A stretch of DNA of 48,781 nt, from sequence record SRR2962707_1678; one strand, 5' to 3'. The translations under genes and the position numbers were made by a program. The notes under the pieces are model-generated. The model saw only the letters and a list, made by a program, of their open reading frames with translations. It did not search any database and was not told the DNA's origin. Positions 17,892 through 28,975 of the stretch are shown piece by piece (the first letter of the stretch is position 1; every line of letters starts with the position of its first letter).

Positions 17892-18902
17892 ATGAGCAAA
17901 CTGAAACTGGTTGCGATAGCAGTACCTATTTTTCTTATTCTTGGGCTATTCACAGGCCTCAGTCGGTTTGGACTGATCAATTTCCCGCTCTCGTTTCATC
18001 ATGGTGTATTAATGCTCAATGGATTTGCCGGAGGAGTCATTACAGTTGAGCGCTTGCTAAGTAAGCCAAAAGACCCATGGATACTTATTGGCCTTATCTT
18101 ACTTATTGCCGGACTTGCATTCTATCTGTTCGGTTTTGAATTTGGGTTATTATTGGTAGCTGGCAATATTGGGATCTTGTTTCTCAAAGAAGCACTTCAA
18201 TTGGCCGAGAAGGAGTTACAAAATGGGTTGTACCAGCTGATCGGGCTTTTGTCCTGGTTTATTGGCAATCTCAAGTTCTATCAAAACGGTTTTTATCCGG
18301 AAGCAGTGCCGTTTTGGATCGTGTTTATCCTCATGCTGATAGTAGGCACCCGACTCAGTAAAATGGGAAAAAAGGATGTGATTAGCCTGATTCTTTCACT
18401 GGCTATTTTCTTTTCCTTCTGGCTGGGCTTTCATGGGTATGGTCAAACCATTTATGGAATTGGTCTCATAGCATTAAGCATGCGATTAGGTTATCTGGAG
18501 GTAAAAAATAGTAGTAAGCACCTTCTGGGATTAGTGGCAGCATATTTTTGGTTGCTGCTGACAGGAGCCAGTTCGCTGTTTTCAGATTATATCTTGTATA
18601 GCTATGATCTGGTGCTTCATGCATTCTTTCTGGGTTTCTTTTTCTCCATGATTTTCATCAATGCACCGGATGCGCTACTGGAAAAACTTGGACTGAATCG
18701 GTTGAATACCTACCCCAACTTTTGGGTGCTGCTTCTTTCGCTGGGATTGGTTGCCCGACTAATTGTTGGAGATCTGTTTCACGTACAAGAAGCTCGTAAT
18801 ATGGGCGGCACTCTGAACCTACTCACGATTCTCCTGTATGCTGCCTCTTTGCTATTTCAGACGATCAGGAACAGCACGAAGGCTGAAAGAACTCATCGTT
18901 AA
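17892..18902 (+). CDS. Polytopic membrane protein, NnrS-like
   Basis: Many TM segments; HHGVLMLNGF.G....ER and YD..LHAFFLGF.FSMI motifs. Confidence 0.55.
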   Translation: MSKLKLVAIAVPIFLILGLFTGLSRFGLINFPLSFHHGVLMLNGFAGGVITVERLLSKPKDPWILIGLILLIAGLAFYLFGFEFGLLLVAGNIGILFLKEALQLAEKELQNGLYQLIGLLSWFIGNLKFYQNGFYPEAVPFWIVFILMLIVGTRLSKMGKKDVISLILSLAIFFSFWLGFHGYGQTIYGIGLIALSMRLGYLEVKNSSKHLLGLVAAYFWLLLTGASSLFSDYILYSYDLVLHAFFLGFFFSMIFINAPDALLEKLGLNRLNTYPNFWVLLLSLGLVARLIVGDLFHVQEARNMGGTLNLLTILLYAASLLFQTIRNSTKAERTHR

Positions 18903-20027
18903 GAATAGAATTCCTATTGGCATCAGGGATGAGACTACCATCAATATTGGAAAAAAATTGGTGAGTATAGGAATGGATAGCTGGGTGAATATGGCCTTAC
19001 TAAATAGCAGTCCCTCTGACAGGATAATTCCCATGACGAGTAGCCAAACACCAATTCTTGAAAGTCCATTCAACCTGATGTGCTCATTTTTAAAAAAGTA
19101 GGAAAGTAGAAACAATGTGAAGAAGCCAAGCATCACCAAATGGATAAAACCGATGACTGAGTAGGGGACGGTATTGTTTATGAATGCCTGGACGGAATTG
19201 GTGCTACCTGCTAGTTGAAAAGCCAGTTTAAGTCCATAGGCAATAATTGATAACTTAAGCAGCCAGCCAGTTAGCGAATTAGAGAATTTAATGCTTCTGC
19301 TCTTCAGAAGTAGCACAAAGGCAATAACCTGAAGAATTGCCCCAATACCACTTACCAAATACATGAACGACGGAGGACCTACCCATAAAACGGATAATCC
19401 GAAAAGAGGGATCAGAGAGATGTTCATCAATAGAAAAATGGTTTTTCCTTTTGATGGGTCATTATTCACAATGTGAGCGAATACAACAAAAACGAAAAAC
19501 CCATTATACAGAAAATGCAAAAACCAGTAGATAGAGAGGTTGTACCAAATGGAATCTCCCAGATCATTCGCCATGAAGTACCCAAGTGCATAAGGTCCAA
19601 TACTTGAAATAATTAGATAAATGCCACCCCATCTCAAAAAGAGAGATCTCGTGGTTTTAGCATTATCTCTGGTGTACCTGAAAATCAATATCACTAAGTA
19701 GTACGAGCAGAAGACATACAGTGTGCTGAAGGCAATCGAAATAGCCCCATATCCCTGGAAAGGGAAGGAGAGAAGCATGCCAACGATGCTCAGCTGAGTG
19801 ATCCAAAACAGACGATTGAAAGCCATACTGTTTTCGACTTTCATCAGTTTGCATATGATGATATATGCACCATTGTATACCCATCCAATTAAAGCTATGT
19901 GCGAGTGGGTATGAAGCAGGTATTTATAATTCATCAAAGGTATTCCGGATTGCATTAGTCTTAGCAGCAATCCCATTGTTGCCGCCAGAGTCAGAAATAC
20001 CAGTGAAATCCGAACATAGCTTTTCAT
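18852..20027 (-). CDS. His-containing polytopic membrane protein
   Basis: HTHSHIALIGW, FLHFLYNGFF, GFIHLVMLG; start could be 20027 or 20063. Confidence 0.6.
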   Translation of the reverse strand: MKSYVRISLVFLTLAATMGLLLRLMQSGIPLMNYKYLLHTHSHIALIGWVYNGAYIIICKLMKVENSMAFNRLFWITQLSIVGMLLSFPFQGYGAISIAFSTLYVFCSYYLVILIFRYTRDNAKTTRSLFLRWGGIYLIISSIGPYALGYFMANDLGDSIWYNLSIYWFLHFLYNGFFVFVVFAHIVNNDPSKGKTIFLLMNISLIPLFGLSVLWVGPPSFMYLVSGIGAILQVIAFVLLLKSRSIKFSNSLTGWLLKLSIIAYGLKLAFQLAGSTNSVQAFINNTVPYSVIGFIHLVMLGFFTLFLLSYFFKNEHIRLNGLSRIGVWLLVMGIILSEGLLFSKAIFTQLSIPILTNFFPILMVVSSLMPIGILFLTMSSFSLRAVPDRLK

Positions 20028-20085
20028 TAAGCCAAGGTTAGCTATGCGTCGGGATAATCCCAATCATTCAGTGTAAAAAGAGGCA

Positions 20086-20625
20086 TCAGGCTTCCTGCTC
20101 TAATAAATGATAGTTCTTATTCTCCCATGTTTCCATCATGGTACTGTCAGAGCTATCCTCATCATACACATGCCATTCAGTCACTGGCTTCCTGTAGATG
20201 TTTAAACTTACCGAGCGTGCAGTGTTGGCATTGGAGTATCTGTGGATTCCGATTTGATTCATGTACGAAAACTCCTCATCGCCCAATAGCACGTTACTCA
20301 CTTTTTCAAGTCGGTCATCATTTACATTGATTTTAAATCGCTCTTCTCGGAGCATTCCTTCAATTGGGTGAACCCATGCTTCCTGTGCGTTGAAATCATG
20401 AATAGGAGAGGATTGACCTTTCTCCCAGCAAATCAGCAATATTTCAAAGTCCTCATTTCGTGCCAATACATTTCTGGCATACTTTTCATCGCTCCATGAA
20501 TAATAGCGTTCAAATTCAGCTCTTGGAATTTTTACATGACTCATCAATTCAAGTATATGATTGCCACTGTCTTCACATTTGGAGAGCTCTTTCACAAGTT
20601 GGTCTACGGTTGTAATTGCTTCCAT
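20086..20625 (-). CDS. Cysteine dioxygenase-family cupin with degenerate metal site
   Basis: YARN, LLICWEKGQSSPIHD, GIHRYSN, SVSLNIY..P. Confidence 0.75.
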   Translation of the reverse strand: MEAITTVDQLVKELSKCEDSGNHILELMSHVKIPRAEFERYYSWSDEKYARNVLARNEDFEILLICWEKGQSSPIHDFNAQEAWVHPIEGMLREERFKINVNDDRLEKVSNVLLGDEEFSYMNQIGIHRYSNANTARSVSLNIYRKPVTEWHVYDEDSSDSTMMETWENKNYHLLEQEA

Positions 20626-20697
20626 AATTATGTATTTTCAGATAGTCAATTTAGAGATGGAAAACGTTTAAAAGGATGATCATCCATAGCCAAGGTT

Positions 20698-20728
20698 ATG
20701 ATATTCATCAGTGGTTGATGAAAGTCAA
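20698..20728. promoter_or_regulatory. Tandem FNR/Crp-like boxes in the divergent CDO/USP region
   Basis: ATGAT-ATTC-ATCAG (20698-20711) and TTGAT-GAAA-GTCAA (20715-20728). Confidence 0.5.
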
Positions 20729-20808
20729 TGAATAAGCTTTAATAAATCATAACTTTCATTTAATCATATTTCTAGTTTTGACGTGTATTCTTATAGAATA
20801 GAAATGAC

Positions 20809-21726
20809 ATGACCATGAAAAAAATACTTGTACCTGTGGACTTTTCGAGCGTTTGCGGTGATGCCGTACGCTTTGCCATTCAATTGGCAGAAAAGAACGA
20901 TGCGCAGATCACACTTTTAAACAGTGTGCATTTTGATTACTTCTCAGACTATCAATTCACCTCATTCAACTCTGCTACTTCATTGATGGATGATATCCGT
21001 GAAGCAATGAAGGAGAAAATAAAAGAGTATGTGAAGAAGTTTGATACTCGATTGAGAATCAATACACTGGTGATTGAATCCACTTTGGTTAACTCCATAA
21101 AAGAGTTGGTAAAAGACGAGGAGTATGACCTTGTGGTTATCGGCACGCATGGTTCTAAAGGTCTTCAGGAGGCCTTAGTCGGATCTAATACCGAGAGAGT
21201 TGTTCGTCATGCACCTTGTCCGGTTATTTCTATTCCAGGAAAGAGTGATGCGAACAAAATCAAACGAATCCTTATCCCATTGGATATCAGGGAGATTAAA
21301 GAATCCTTTCTGAAGGAAATTGCTGCTCTGCAAAAACAATTTGATGCAAAATTTGAATTTTTATGGGTTAAAACACCTCATAACATCGAGAACGAGGAGA
21401 AAGTAACGGAGGAGCTCAGCAAACTGATAAAGCAGCATGGCATCTCCAACTTTGAGTTCACCATCGTGAAAAATGTATTTCCATCGGATGGCATTTTGTG
21501 GCATGCCGATGATACCAATGCAGACATGATTGCCATGGCCACTCATGCGAGAAGAGGTCTCTCTCACTGGTTATCCGGTAGCCTTACTGAGGATACCGTC
21601 AATCATATAAAAGTACCAGTGTGGTCATTTAAAATGGAAAAGAAGGAAAAATCCATTAGTTTAAACAGTGTAAAAAATGCTCACGGAAAACCGGAGTACA
21701 AAAAAATTGAAGTGTTAACTTCCTAA
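20809..21726 (+). CDS. Universal stress protein (two USP domains)
   Basis: KKILVPVDFS, GTHGSKG..GSNTERVVR..PCPV, ATHARRG..GSLTED. Confidence 0.92.
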   Translation: MTMKKILVPVDFSSVCGDAVRFAIQLAEKNDAQITLLNSVHFDYFSDYQFTSFNSATSLMDDIREAMKEKIKEYVKKFDTRLRINTLVIESTLVNSIKELVKDEEYDLVVIGTHGSKGLQEALVGSNTERVVRHAPCPVISIPGKSDANKIKRILIPLDIREIKESFLKEIAALQKQFDAKFEFLWVKTPHNIENEEKVTEELSKLIKQHGISNFEFTIVKNVFPSDGILWHADDTNADMIAMATHARRGLSHWLSGSLTEDTVNHIKVPVWSFKMEKKEKSISLNSVKNAHGKPEYKKIEVLTS

Positions 21727-21744
21727 AATCTAATAATACACCCT

Positions 21745-22590
21745 ATGAAAAAAATAATCGTACCGGTTGATTTCTCTGAAATGGCATCTCATGCCCTCAA
21801 TTTCGCGATTGAGTTCAATGAAAAAGTGAAAGGGGAAATTGTACTTGTTCACGTAATAGAAATGCCTGTTGGACACCTGAGCTTCACCGGCGAGGTTAAT
21901 ACCTCCGGAATGGAAGCGTTTTACACAGGAGAGTTTATCAAGGCAACACACAATAAATTGGATGAATGGTCCAAACGGGTTTCTGATGCTGGCCAGGAAG
22001 TTTCTGTTCATATGAAATATGGAAATGCCTTTACGAATATCAGTAAGTTGATTGCCGAGGAGAAAGCCCATTGGATCATCATGGGATCGAAAGGATCATC
22101 CGGACTAAGAGAGGTATTTATTGGTTCCAATGCAGAACGCATGATCCGACATGCCGAATGTCCTGTTTTCATCATTAAAGGAGAAACTCATCTCAAAGAC
22201 ATTAAGAGTATGGCATACGCCACTGACTTGAGCCAGGAGCAAGATCTTATTGCTGACCATGCCAAAGACATGCAAAAGTTGCTTGGCATCAACATGCATA
22301 TTGTTAAAGTAAAGACACCATATAACTGGCTAGATGAAGGACAGGCACAAAAGCAATTGGAGCATTTTGCTGAGCGAAATCATTTTGAAGATTTCACGCT
22401 AAACTCCATTGATGCTGACTTTGCTGATGAGGGAGCGGTGAAATTTGCTGAGGAAGTGAAAGCGGGCATGATTGTGCTGGGTACACATGGTAAAAAAGGT
22501 ATCGCACATATCATTGGAGGCTCTATTGCAGAAGATGTGGTGAATGAATCAAAAATTCCGATTCTGGTTTATAAGATACTTGATTTGTGA
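21745..22590 (+). CDS. Universal stress protein (two USP domains)
   Basis: KKIIVPVDFS, GSKGSSG..GSNAERMIR, GTHGKKG..GSIAED. Confidence 0.92.
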   Translation: MKKIIVPVDFSEMASHALNFAIEFNEKVKGEIVLVHVIEMPVGHLSFTGEVNTSGMEAFYTGEFIKATHNKLDEWSKRVSDAGQEVSVHMKYGNAFTNISKLIAEEKAHWIIMGSKGSSGLREVFIGSNAERMIRHAECPVFIIKGETHLKDIKSMAYATDLSQEQDLIADHAKDMQKLLGINMHIVKVKTPYNWLDEGQAQKQLEHFAERNHFEDFTLNSIDADFADEGAVKFAEEVKAGMIVLGTHGKKGIAHIIGGSIAEDVVNESKIPILVYKILDL

Positions 22591-22611
22591 TTCGGTTTTA
22601 AATCCCATTTT

Positions 22612-22642
22612 AGCCCTTTCGGTTCTCCGGAAGGGCTTTTTT
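22612..22642 (+). terminator. Intrinsic terminator after USP pair
   Basis: AGCCCTTTCGG-TTCT-CCGGAAGGGCT hairpin followed by T-run. Confidence 0.85.
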
Positions 22643-22778
22643 GTTGTCCCATCGCTCGTATCGGTGTGACGAATGCCGCTAAGGTTGAGATTTGCAAAAC
22701 ATCCCAATCGTTTCATAGTTGGTAAAACAACAAGTAACTTCAAAAAGTCATTAGATTGATTTTCTACCTTTCAGGAAG

Positions 22779-23936
22779 ATGAATAGAAATAAAACCATTT
22801 TAACCATTCTCATTATTATTTTGGCGAGTGTCGGCTTAATCTACTGGACGTTTTCTACTGAGCCGGAAGCTGAACGTGAAGGGGCTACCCGTGAGACCGC
22901 CATGCTAGTGGAAGTTACTTCAGTAAATAAAGGTGATTTCCGTCCGATGATCCGGGCTACTGGCACTGTACAGGCATCAAAAGACATCACCCTAAGCCCC
23001 AGGGTGACAGGTGAAGTGGAATACATTCACCCTCAGTTTGTTCCCGGCACAATCGTACAAAAAGGTCAGACACTCATCAAAATCGATCAGTCAGATTATA
23101 TCAACAATGTGGCCCTGGCAGAAAGCAACCTCTTGATCGCCCAATCCAATTATGAGCTGGAACTCGGACAACAGGAAGCAGCTGAAAATGACTATCAGAT
23201 GGCTCAGATGGATGTTGAGGGTGTGCAGAATAAAGATCTTCTACTGAGAAAACCTCAGCTAAATATCGCTAAAGCAAATCTAAAAACCGCTGAGGCCCGG
23301 CTTAAGCAGGCCAAACTGGATTTAGAACGTACGGTTCTAAAGGCCCCCTTCGATGCACATATTGTTACTCGTTCGGTAAATGAAGGATCTCAGGTTACTC
23401 CCGGTAATCAGTTAGCGCGAATGGTTGGGGTAAGTGAATATTGGGTAAATGTCAATGTGCCGCCATCCAAAGTGAGTTGGATCAATTTTGATAGTGAGTC
23501 GAAGGGGGAAGATGTTATAATCAAGAGTAACTCATGGGCTGAAAATCAGGAGCGAAGAGGGAAACTGTTTAAGTTGATCGGAGCGCTTACCCCTCAATCA
23601 CGTTTTGCCCAGGTATTGATTGCTGTCAACAATCCCATGCGATCCACAGAGACAGAACCGTCTTTGATGATAGGCACCTTTGTCGAGGTTCAGATCCCTG
23701 CCAAAGAGTTGGTTGGGGTCGTAAGGTTAGACAGGGACCACTTAAGAAAGGGCAACTCGGTTTGGGTGATGGAAGATGAGAAATTGAGTATCAAAGAAGT
23801 ATCTGTCCTTTTTCAGGATGATGTGTACGCCTATGTCAATGAAGGCCTGGATGATAACAGTCAGGTCATTACAACAAATCTTTCTACCGTTGTGGAAGGG
23901 GCAGCCGTCCGAACTGAGGAGATGACAACTAAATAA
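22779..23936 (+). CDS. RND efflux periplasmic adaptor (MFP)
   Basis: N-terminal TM, ATGTVQ..LSPRVTG, coiled hairpin, RTVLKAPFDA. Confidence 0.92.
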   Translation: MNRNKTILTILIIILASVGLIYWTFSTEPEAEREGATRETAMLVEVTSVNKGDFRPMIRATGTVQASKDITLSPRVTGEVEYIHPQFVPGTIVQKGQTLIKIDQSDYINNVALAESNLLIAQSNYELELGQQEAAENDYQMAQMDVEGVQNKDLLLRKPQLNIAKANLKTAEARLKQAKLDLERTVLKAPFDAHIVTRSVNEGSQVTPGNQLARMVGVSEYWVNVNVPPSKVSWINFDSESKGEDVIIKSNSWAENQERRGKLFKLIGALTPQSRFAQVLIAVNNPMRSTETEPSLMIGTFVEVQIPAKELVGVVRLDRDHLRKGNSVWVMEDEKLSIKEVSVLFQDDVYAYVNEGLDDNSQVITTNLSTVVEGAAVRTEEMTTK

Positions 23937-23939
23937 GAA

Positions 23940-26900
23940 ATGGCAGATCAGCAATTGGATAATAGAGAAGGAGTGATTGGTTTTTTTGCGAGAAACTCTG
24001 TGATCGCAAACCTCATGATGATACTGCTTTTGGCAGGAGGCATCTGGACCATGTTTACGATTCAGAAGGAAGTCTTACCTCAGTTTCAGCTGGACATTGT
24101 TGAAGTGAGTGTCACCTATCCGGGAGCCTCACCCAATGAAGTAGAAGAAGGCATATTACTCCCTGTGGAAGAGGCCATTAGAGGAGTGCAGGGAATCAAA
24201 GAAGTAACATCAACCGCACGGGAAGGATCAGGCCAGATTTCTGTAGAGTTGGTGGTAGGCACGAATCGAATGAAGGCTTTCCAGGACATTGATCAGGCGG
24301 TCAATCGTATTCAGACGTTCCCTGACGATATCGAACAGCCACGTGTTAGACTACAGGCTATTCAGCGGGATGTTATGGAAATAGGCCTCTTCGGGGATGT
24401 GGATATATGGACGCTAAGGACTATAGCGGAACAACTTAGAAATATCTTACTAAGCAATGACGGAATCACACAGGTAGAGATTGGAAATGTTCCTGACTTT
24501 GTCACCCATGTTGAAATACCCGGAGATAAGCTTCTCGAGTATAACATCACCTTGGGGCAAGTGGCCGATATCATTCGTCAATCCAGCCTGGATGTACCTG
24601 CAGGAGCCATCGAAACGGAGGCTGGCGAGATCAACCTGAGGATGCAGGAGCGTAAAATTTGGGCAAAACAATTTGCCAATATTGATATTATATCTTCTCA
24701 ATCCGGTGCGACTGTTAAGCTGGGTGATATTGCGACAATCACGGATGGATTTGAGGAAGAAGGTTTTCATGGGCAGTTCAATCAACAAAATTCTGTTGAG
24801 CTTGAAATCTTCCGCATTGGCAATCAATCTCCTTTAGAGATAGAATCTATTGTAAAAGAAATTCTAGCTGATTATGAGCCGCTTTTACCACCAGGCATCA
24901 AGGTACGAATCAGCGGTAACCGGGCGGATGATTATCGAGAGCGTCTTTCACTCCTCACGGAGAACGGACTCATGGCAATTGTCATTGTGCTTTTCATCCT
25001 TACATTATTCCTCGAGTATCGTTTGGCATTCTGGGTGATGATGGGAATGACGATTTCGTTTATCGGAGGGATCATATTCCTGCCTGTGATCGATATCAGT
25101 GTAAACATGATCTCCATGTTTGGATTCCTGGTAGTGCTTGGTATCGTAGTAGATGATGCCATTGTTGTAGGGGAGAATATTTACGAGTATCGACAAAAAG
25201 GGTATAAGTTCATAGATGCAGCGATAGCAGGGACCAAAGACGTCTCCCGACCGGTAATATTCAGTATCCTCACAACCATTGTTGCTTTCATGCCATTGCT
25301 ATTCATGCCAGGTACTACAGGAAAGTATTGGTGGCCGCTTCCTGCAGTGGTCATCGTAGTGTTATCAGTTTCACTTTTTGAGGCCTTATTCATTCTACCC
25401 TCACATGTTGCGCACAAACCGAAAAAGAATCCATTGAACATCATCAGGAAGCTGGAATGGGTGCAGGGAAAGGTAGCGAAGGGGTTTAATGCATTTATAG
25501 ACAGGCTTTATCGGCCATTCTTATCTACCTGTTTATCAAATAGATATATCACGTTAACTGCAGCTTTAGCGCTGCTATTTGTCATAGGGGGATATGGGTA
25601 TAGCGGTCACATGGGAATGGTGTTGATGCCCGAAGATGCAGCGGATGAAATTGAGGCCGGCGTTCGACTACCGGTTGGTACAACCACAGATCAGGCATCT
25701 GCCATTGCTGAACAAATTACCACCTCTACCATTGCAATGTTTGAAGAGCATGATCTGTATAAGGTAGCGGAGGGTGTGAAAACCAATGTGAGAGGAAAAA
25801 GCTTTATCGATGTGGAAGTGGTCATGAAACCACCTGACCAGCGAGATATGACAGCCAGGGGGTTTATTCAATTGTGGCGTGACAATATCGGAGAGATCGA
25901 AGGAGTTGATCAGATCACATTTGAAGCCGAAAGAGGACCCGGTGGATGGCAGCAGGATATAAGTGTGGATTTGAGTCACCCGGATATTAATGTACTTGAA
26001 AGAGCCAGTCAGGCCTTTTTGGATCGCATGGAGCCATACAAAGAGACGAAAGACCTGAATGACAACTACAATAAGGGAAAGCTTCAATTTGGATTTGAGC
26101 TCCTACCGGAGGCCAGAAGCCTTGGCTTAACCCCCGGTTACGTCGGTCAGCAGATTCGTGATGCATTCTTTGGTGCTTTGGCCATTCGCCAACTCAGAGG
26201 CATTAACGAGACCGAAGTACGAGTGAAGCTACCTGAACATGAACGAAAGGATTTGAATAACCTGGAAGATTTTGTCATTCAGACTCCCAATGGTGCGATT
26301 GTTTCGCTAAGCGATGTAGTAAAAGTTTATCAGGGTGAAACGTTTACGAGCATCAACCGACGGGATGGAAAAAGAGTGATCAATGTAGGAATGGACGTAG
26401 AGCCTGACAATGCTCAGACGCGAGTACTGGCATCTATTAAAGAAGATGTGCTTCCGCAGCTACGTGCAGACTTTCCCGGTCTTACCTGGACATTCGAAGG
26501 AAGCCAGGCAGAAATGCGGGAATCAACCCAGGCACTTTGGAGTGGATTTGCGCTAGCAATGTTGATTATATATGCACTTTTGGCGATTGCCCTAAACAAT
26601 TATGCCCAGCCTATTATCGTCATGTTTGCTATTCCTTTTGGAATCGTGGGCGCGGTGATCGGACACATTTTGCTTGGATATGATCTTTCTTTGGTTAGTT
26701 TGATGGGAGTGATTGCGTTATCAGGAGTGGTGGTCAATGACTCATTGATTATGATTGATTTTGCAAATAAGAACAGGGGAGATATACCGGCATTTGATTC
26801 CATTCTACGAGCTGGTATTCGAAGGTTTCGTCCCATTGTTTTAACCACACTTACCACTTTTGGAGGTCTCACACCAATTATATTGGAAACGTCCAGACAG

Positions 26901-27071
26901 GCTCGTCAATTGATTCCCATGGCTATTTCACTAGGTTTCGGAATTGTGTTTGCCACAGCCATTATCCTGGTTATCGTACCATGTCTTTATATGATTATGG
27001 ATGATGTATTGAAAGCCATCGATAAGAACCCCTTGCCTGAAGTGGAAGAGAAAGAGCTTCAAACAGCATAG
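23940..27071 (+). CDS. RND efflux permease (AcrB/D/F family)
   Basis: 1043 aa; [38 protein letters not shown]. Confidence 0.95.
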   Translation: MADQQLDNREGVIGFFARNSVIANLMMILLLAGGIWTMFTIQKEVLPQFQLDIVEVSVTYPGASPNEVEEGILLPVEEAIRGVQGIKEVTSTAREGSGQISVELVVGTNRMKAFQDIDQAVNRIQTFPDDIEQPRVRLQAIQRDVMEIGLFGDVDIWTLRTIAEQLRNILLSNDGITQVEIGNVPDFVTHVEIPGDKLLEYNITLGQVADIIRQSSLDVPAGAIETEAGEINLRMQERKIWAKQFANIDIISSQSGATVKLGDIATITDGFEEEGFHGQFNQQNSVELEIFRIGNQSPLEIESIVKEILADYEPLLPPGIKVRISGNRADDYRERLSLLTENGLMAIVIVLFILTLFLEYRLAFWVMMGMTISFIGGIIFLPVIDISVNMISMFGFLVVLGIVVDDAIVVGENIYEYRQKGYKFIDAAIAGTKDVSRPVIFSILTTIVAFMPLLFMPGTTGKYWWPLPAVVIVVLSVSLFEALFILPSHVAHKPKKNPLNIIRKLEWVQGKVAKGFNAFIDRLYRPFLSTCLSNRYITLTAALALLFVIGGYGYSGHMGMVLMPEDAADEIEAGVRLPVGTTTDQASAIAEQITTSTIAMFEEHDLYKVAEGVKTNVRGKSFIDVEVVMKPPDQRDMTARGFIQLWRDNIGEIEGVDQITFEAERGPGGWQQDISVDLSHPDINVLERASQAFLDRMEPYKETKDLNDNYNKGKLQFGFELLPEARSLGLTPGYVGQQIRDAFFGALAIRQLRGINETEVRVKLPEHERKDLNNLEDFVIQTPNGAIVSLSDVVKVYQGETFTSINRRDGKRVINVGMDVEPDNAQTRVLASIKEDVLPQLRADFPGLTWTFEGSQAEMRESTQALWSGFALAMLIIYALLAIALNNYAQPIIVMFAIPFGIVGAVIGHILLGYDLSLVSLMGVIALSGVVVNDSLIMIDFANKNRGDIPAFDSILRAGIRRFRPIVLTTLTTFGGLTPIILETSRQARQLIPMAISLGFGIVFATAIILVIVPCLYMIMDDVLKAIDKNPLPEVEEKELQTA

Positions 27072-27103
27072 AGACCTTGGCTATTCCTGCGTAACTTTAG
27101 GCT

Positions 27104-27580
27104 ATGAAGAGGTGTTTGCCCATTTTTTTGGCAGCAATGATGTTTGGTTGCACAGCTGTTAATCAAGGTGAGAATACTGAACGGTCATTCAAACTTAATT
27201 TTAAGAATTGCACTCCTGAATTAGGCTTAGCGTCAATTAAACTTTCATTGGATAGAAGTTATAGAAAAGATGAAATCACGGATATTCACGGTTATTGTGA
27301 ATACCGATTTTTTCATCCGGGCGGGTTAATTATTTACTTTTCATCAAATGTCTACTCAGGCTCCACACTCAACCTAAAGAATAGGTTAGATATGAATATC
27401 GATACCTACTCAAACAATCGATCCATATCTGATACTGTCAGAAATTCAGGGCAGGAGAATGACGGAACTTATTGGATGGAGTGGATTCGTGGAAACTTTG
27501 TCGCTGGATTTATTAACAGTGTTGATACAGTGGAAGCAATCAATATTCTAACAGATATTGAAGTTGAGAGCACCAACTAA
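27104..27580 (+). CDS. Hypothetical lipoprotein
   Basis: MKR..hydrophobic..FGC lipobox. Confidence 0.65.
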   Translation: MKRCLPIFLAAMMFGCTAVNQGENTERSFKLNFKNCTPELGLASIKLSLDRSYRKDEITDIHGYCEYRFFHPGGLIIYFSSNVYSGSTLNLKNRLDMNIDTYSNNRSISDTVRNSGQENDGTYWMEWIRGNFVAGFINSVDTVEAINILTDIEVESTN

Positions 27581-28458
27581 TATCTGGCTGAAACAGGTAG
27601 GGGGATGGTGTGAGGGATGCCATCTACAACCAATGCCCGCATACCATTTTTTAGTTCTTCTCTGAGTTTTTTTCCTAGTTCATTTCTGATGATGTTTTCA
27701 TGATATAGCGCTCTCACTTCTCGGGCCGGTATCACTATGCCATATACTTTCACCAGTCTATCGTCCAAAAGACCATAATTCGCATCATAGGCATGAGATA
27801 GTTCGTGAGCTAATTTTATCAGTTTGTGTTTCGGTCCCCATCTGATTTCTGCTCCGCTACCTATTTGATCAAATGGTGCATAATCAACAATATTCTGGTT
27901 GCGTTCCATCACCTGAAAGGCATATGCATTGTTGTTCAATATACCGAGTCTGTTGTTTGGAATAGGCACTACCATGTAGCTGCCAATACAGTTGACAATA
28001 GAGATAGTGAATTTATTCTCCGATTCCTGTAGTGTTTGTATAATCTTTCGTGCATATACTGATTTCTTGTACAGCTTGTTCAGCACTTTGACTGTCCTCC
28101 TTAATTGTTTATCAGATTTAGCTAGTGGAACCTCAATAAGCTCACATTTCGACTCCTCCATTTTGTAAATGTGTTGATCCCGATACTTGAATAATTCATC
28201 GTTCAGCTTAATCCATAGTCCTTTTTCCGTGATTGGAATTGATTTGCCTGCGTATGATTTAGCACGCATAATCTGGGCATTATGCCCAAGTGGACTTGAC
28301 GCATCGAAGGCGTATATGATTTCACTTGGTGATGTTTTTGTATTACTTAAACCTGTCCATAATGAATCTATGGGGGCCTTGTATTGCCCAAAACAAGTCA
28401 ATGATATACACCAAATCATCACCGGAAGCCATACTCTATGAATCCGGTAGTTAGTCAT
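27577..28458 (-). CDS. Secreted zinc metallopeptidase-like protein (M91/NleD-like C-terminal domain)
   Basis: Signal peptide; LAHELSHAYD (HExxH) and downstream EVRA...ENIIRNELG...R. Confidence 0.65.
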   Translation of the reverse strand: MTNYRIHRVWLPVMIWCISLTCFGQYKAPIDSLWTGLSNTKTSPSEIIYAFDASSPLGHNAQIMRAKSYAGKSIPITEKGLWIKLNDELFKYRDQHIYKMEESKCELIEVPLAKSDKQLRRTVKVLNKLYKKSVYARKIIQTLQESENKFTISIVNCIGSYMVVPIPNNRLGILNNNAYAFQVMERNQNIVDYAPFDQIGSGAEIRWGPKHKLIKLAHELSHAYDANYGLLDDRLVKVYGIVIPAREVRALYHENIIRNELGKKLREELKNGMRALVVDGIPHTIPLPVSARY

Positions 28459-28681
28459 TAGTTAGTCCTTTTTTGCGTTGTGCTTTGACTGTTAAGAGAA
28501 CGGAAAGCATCAGTCGGCAGCTGAATATTCCCAATAAAATGATCCTAACTTGTAAAAAAGAATGCGTTTTAGGGAGGATGTGGAATTTTCACCGACAAAT
28601 ATTTGGCGTTCATCAAAATACCCAAAATAGGGTATTTCAGTTAGCGGAACAATGGCGTAACTTAATTAACCATTAAGAACC

Positions 28682-28975
28682 ATGTTTATCACTAACTCAC
28701 ATATTATGAACTCACAACAGGTTATCACGAAACTCCTAGTTCAAATGATTCTTCAGGAAGCTTTGAAGAATCGGGAGGAAACAAAAATTTTTATACCATC
28801 CTCATTTGCCCACAGATTGGAAAAAGATTTGGGCATCAAAACATACAAGGACATCCAGTTTGGTGGCTACCGGGTGGTATGTGGTCCTTTTCATGAACTG
28901 CTAGCTTACAATAAAGTAAAGAATGTACAGCTGGTCATGAATACGAGAGGAGATATTATCGAACGCCCGAATTAG
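28682..28975 (+). CDS. Hypothetical protein
   Basis: 97-aa ORF filling the intergenic space; no motif recognised. Confidence 0.5.
   Translation: MFITNSHIMNSQQVITKLLVQMILQEALKNREETKIFIPSSFAHRLEKDLGIKTYKDIQFGGYRVVCGPFHELLAYNKVKNVQLVMNTRGDIIERPN

Noticed and set aside
20671-20685. Further Rrf2 box (AAAGGATGATCATCC)
   Set aside because: The spacer is 4 rather than 6 and the second half-site is incomplete.
22779-27071. RND pump lacking an outer-membrane factor as a novelty
   Set aside because: Sharing an unlinked TolC-family protein is common.
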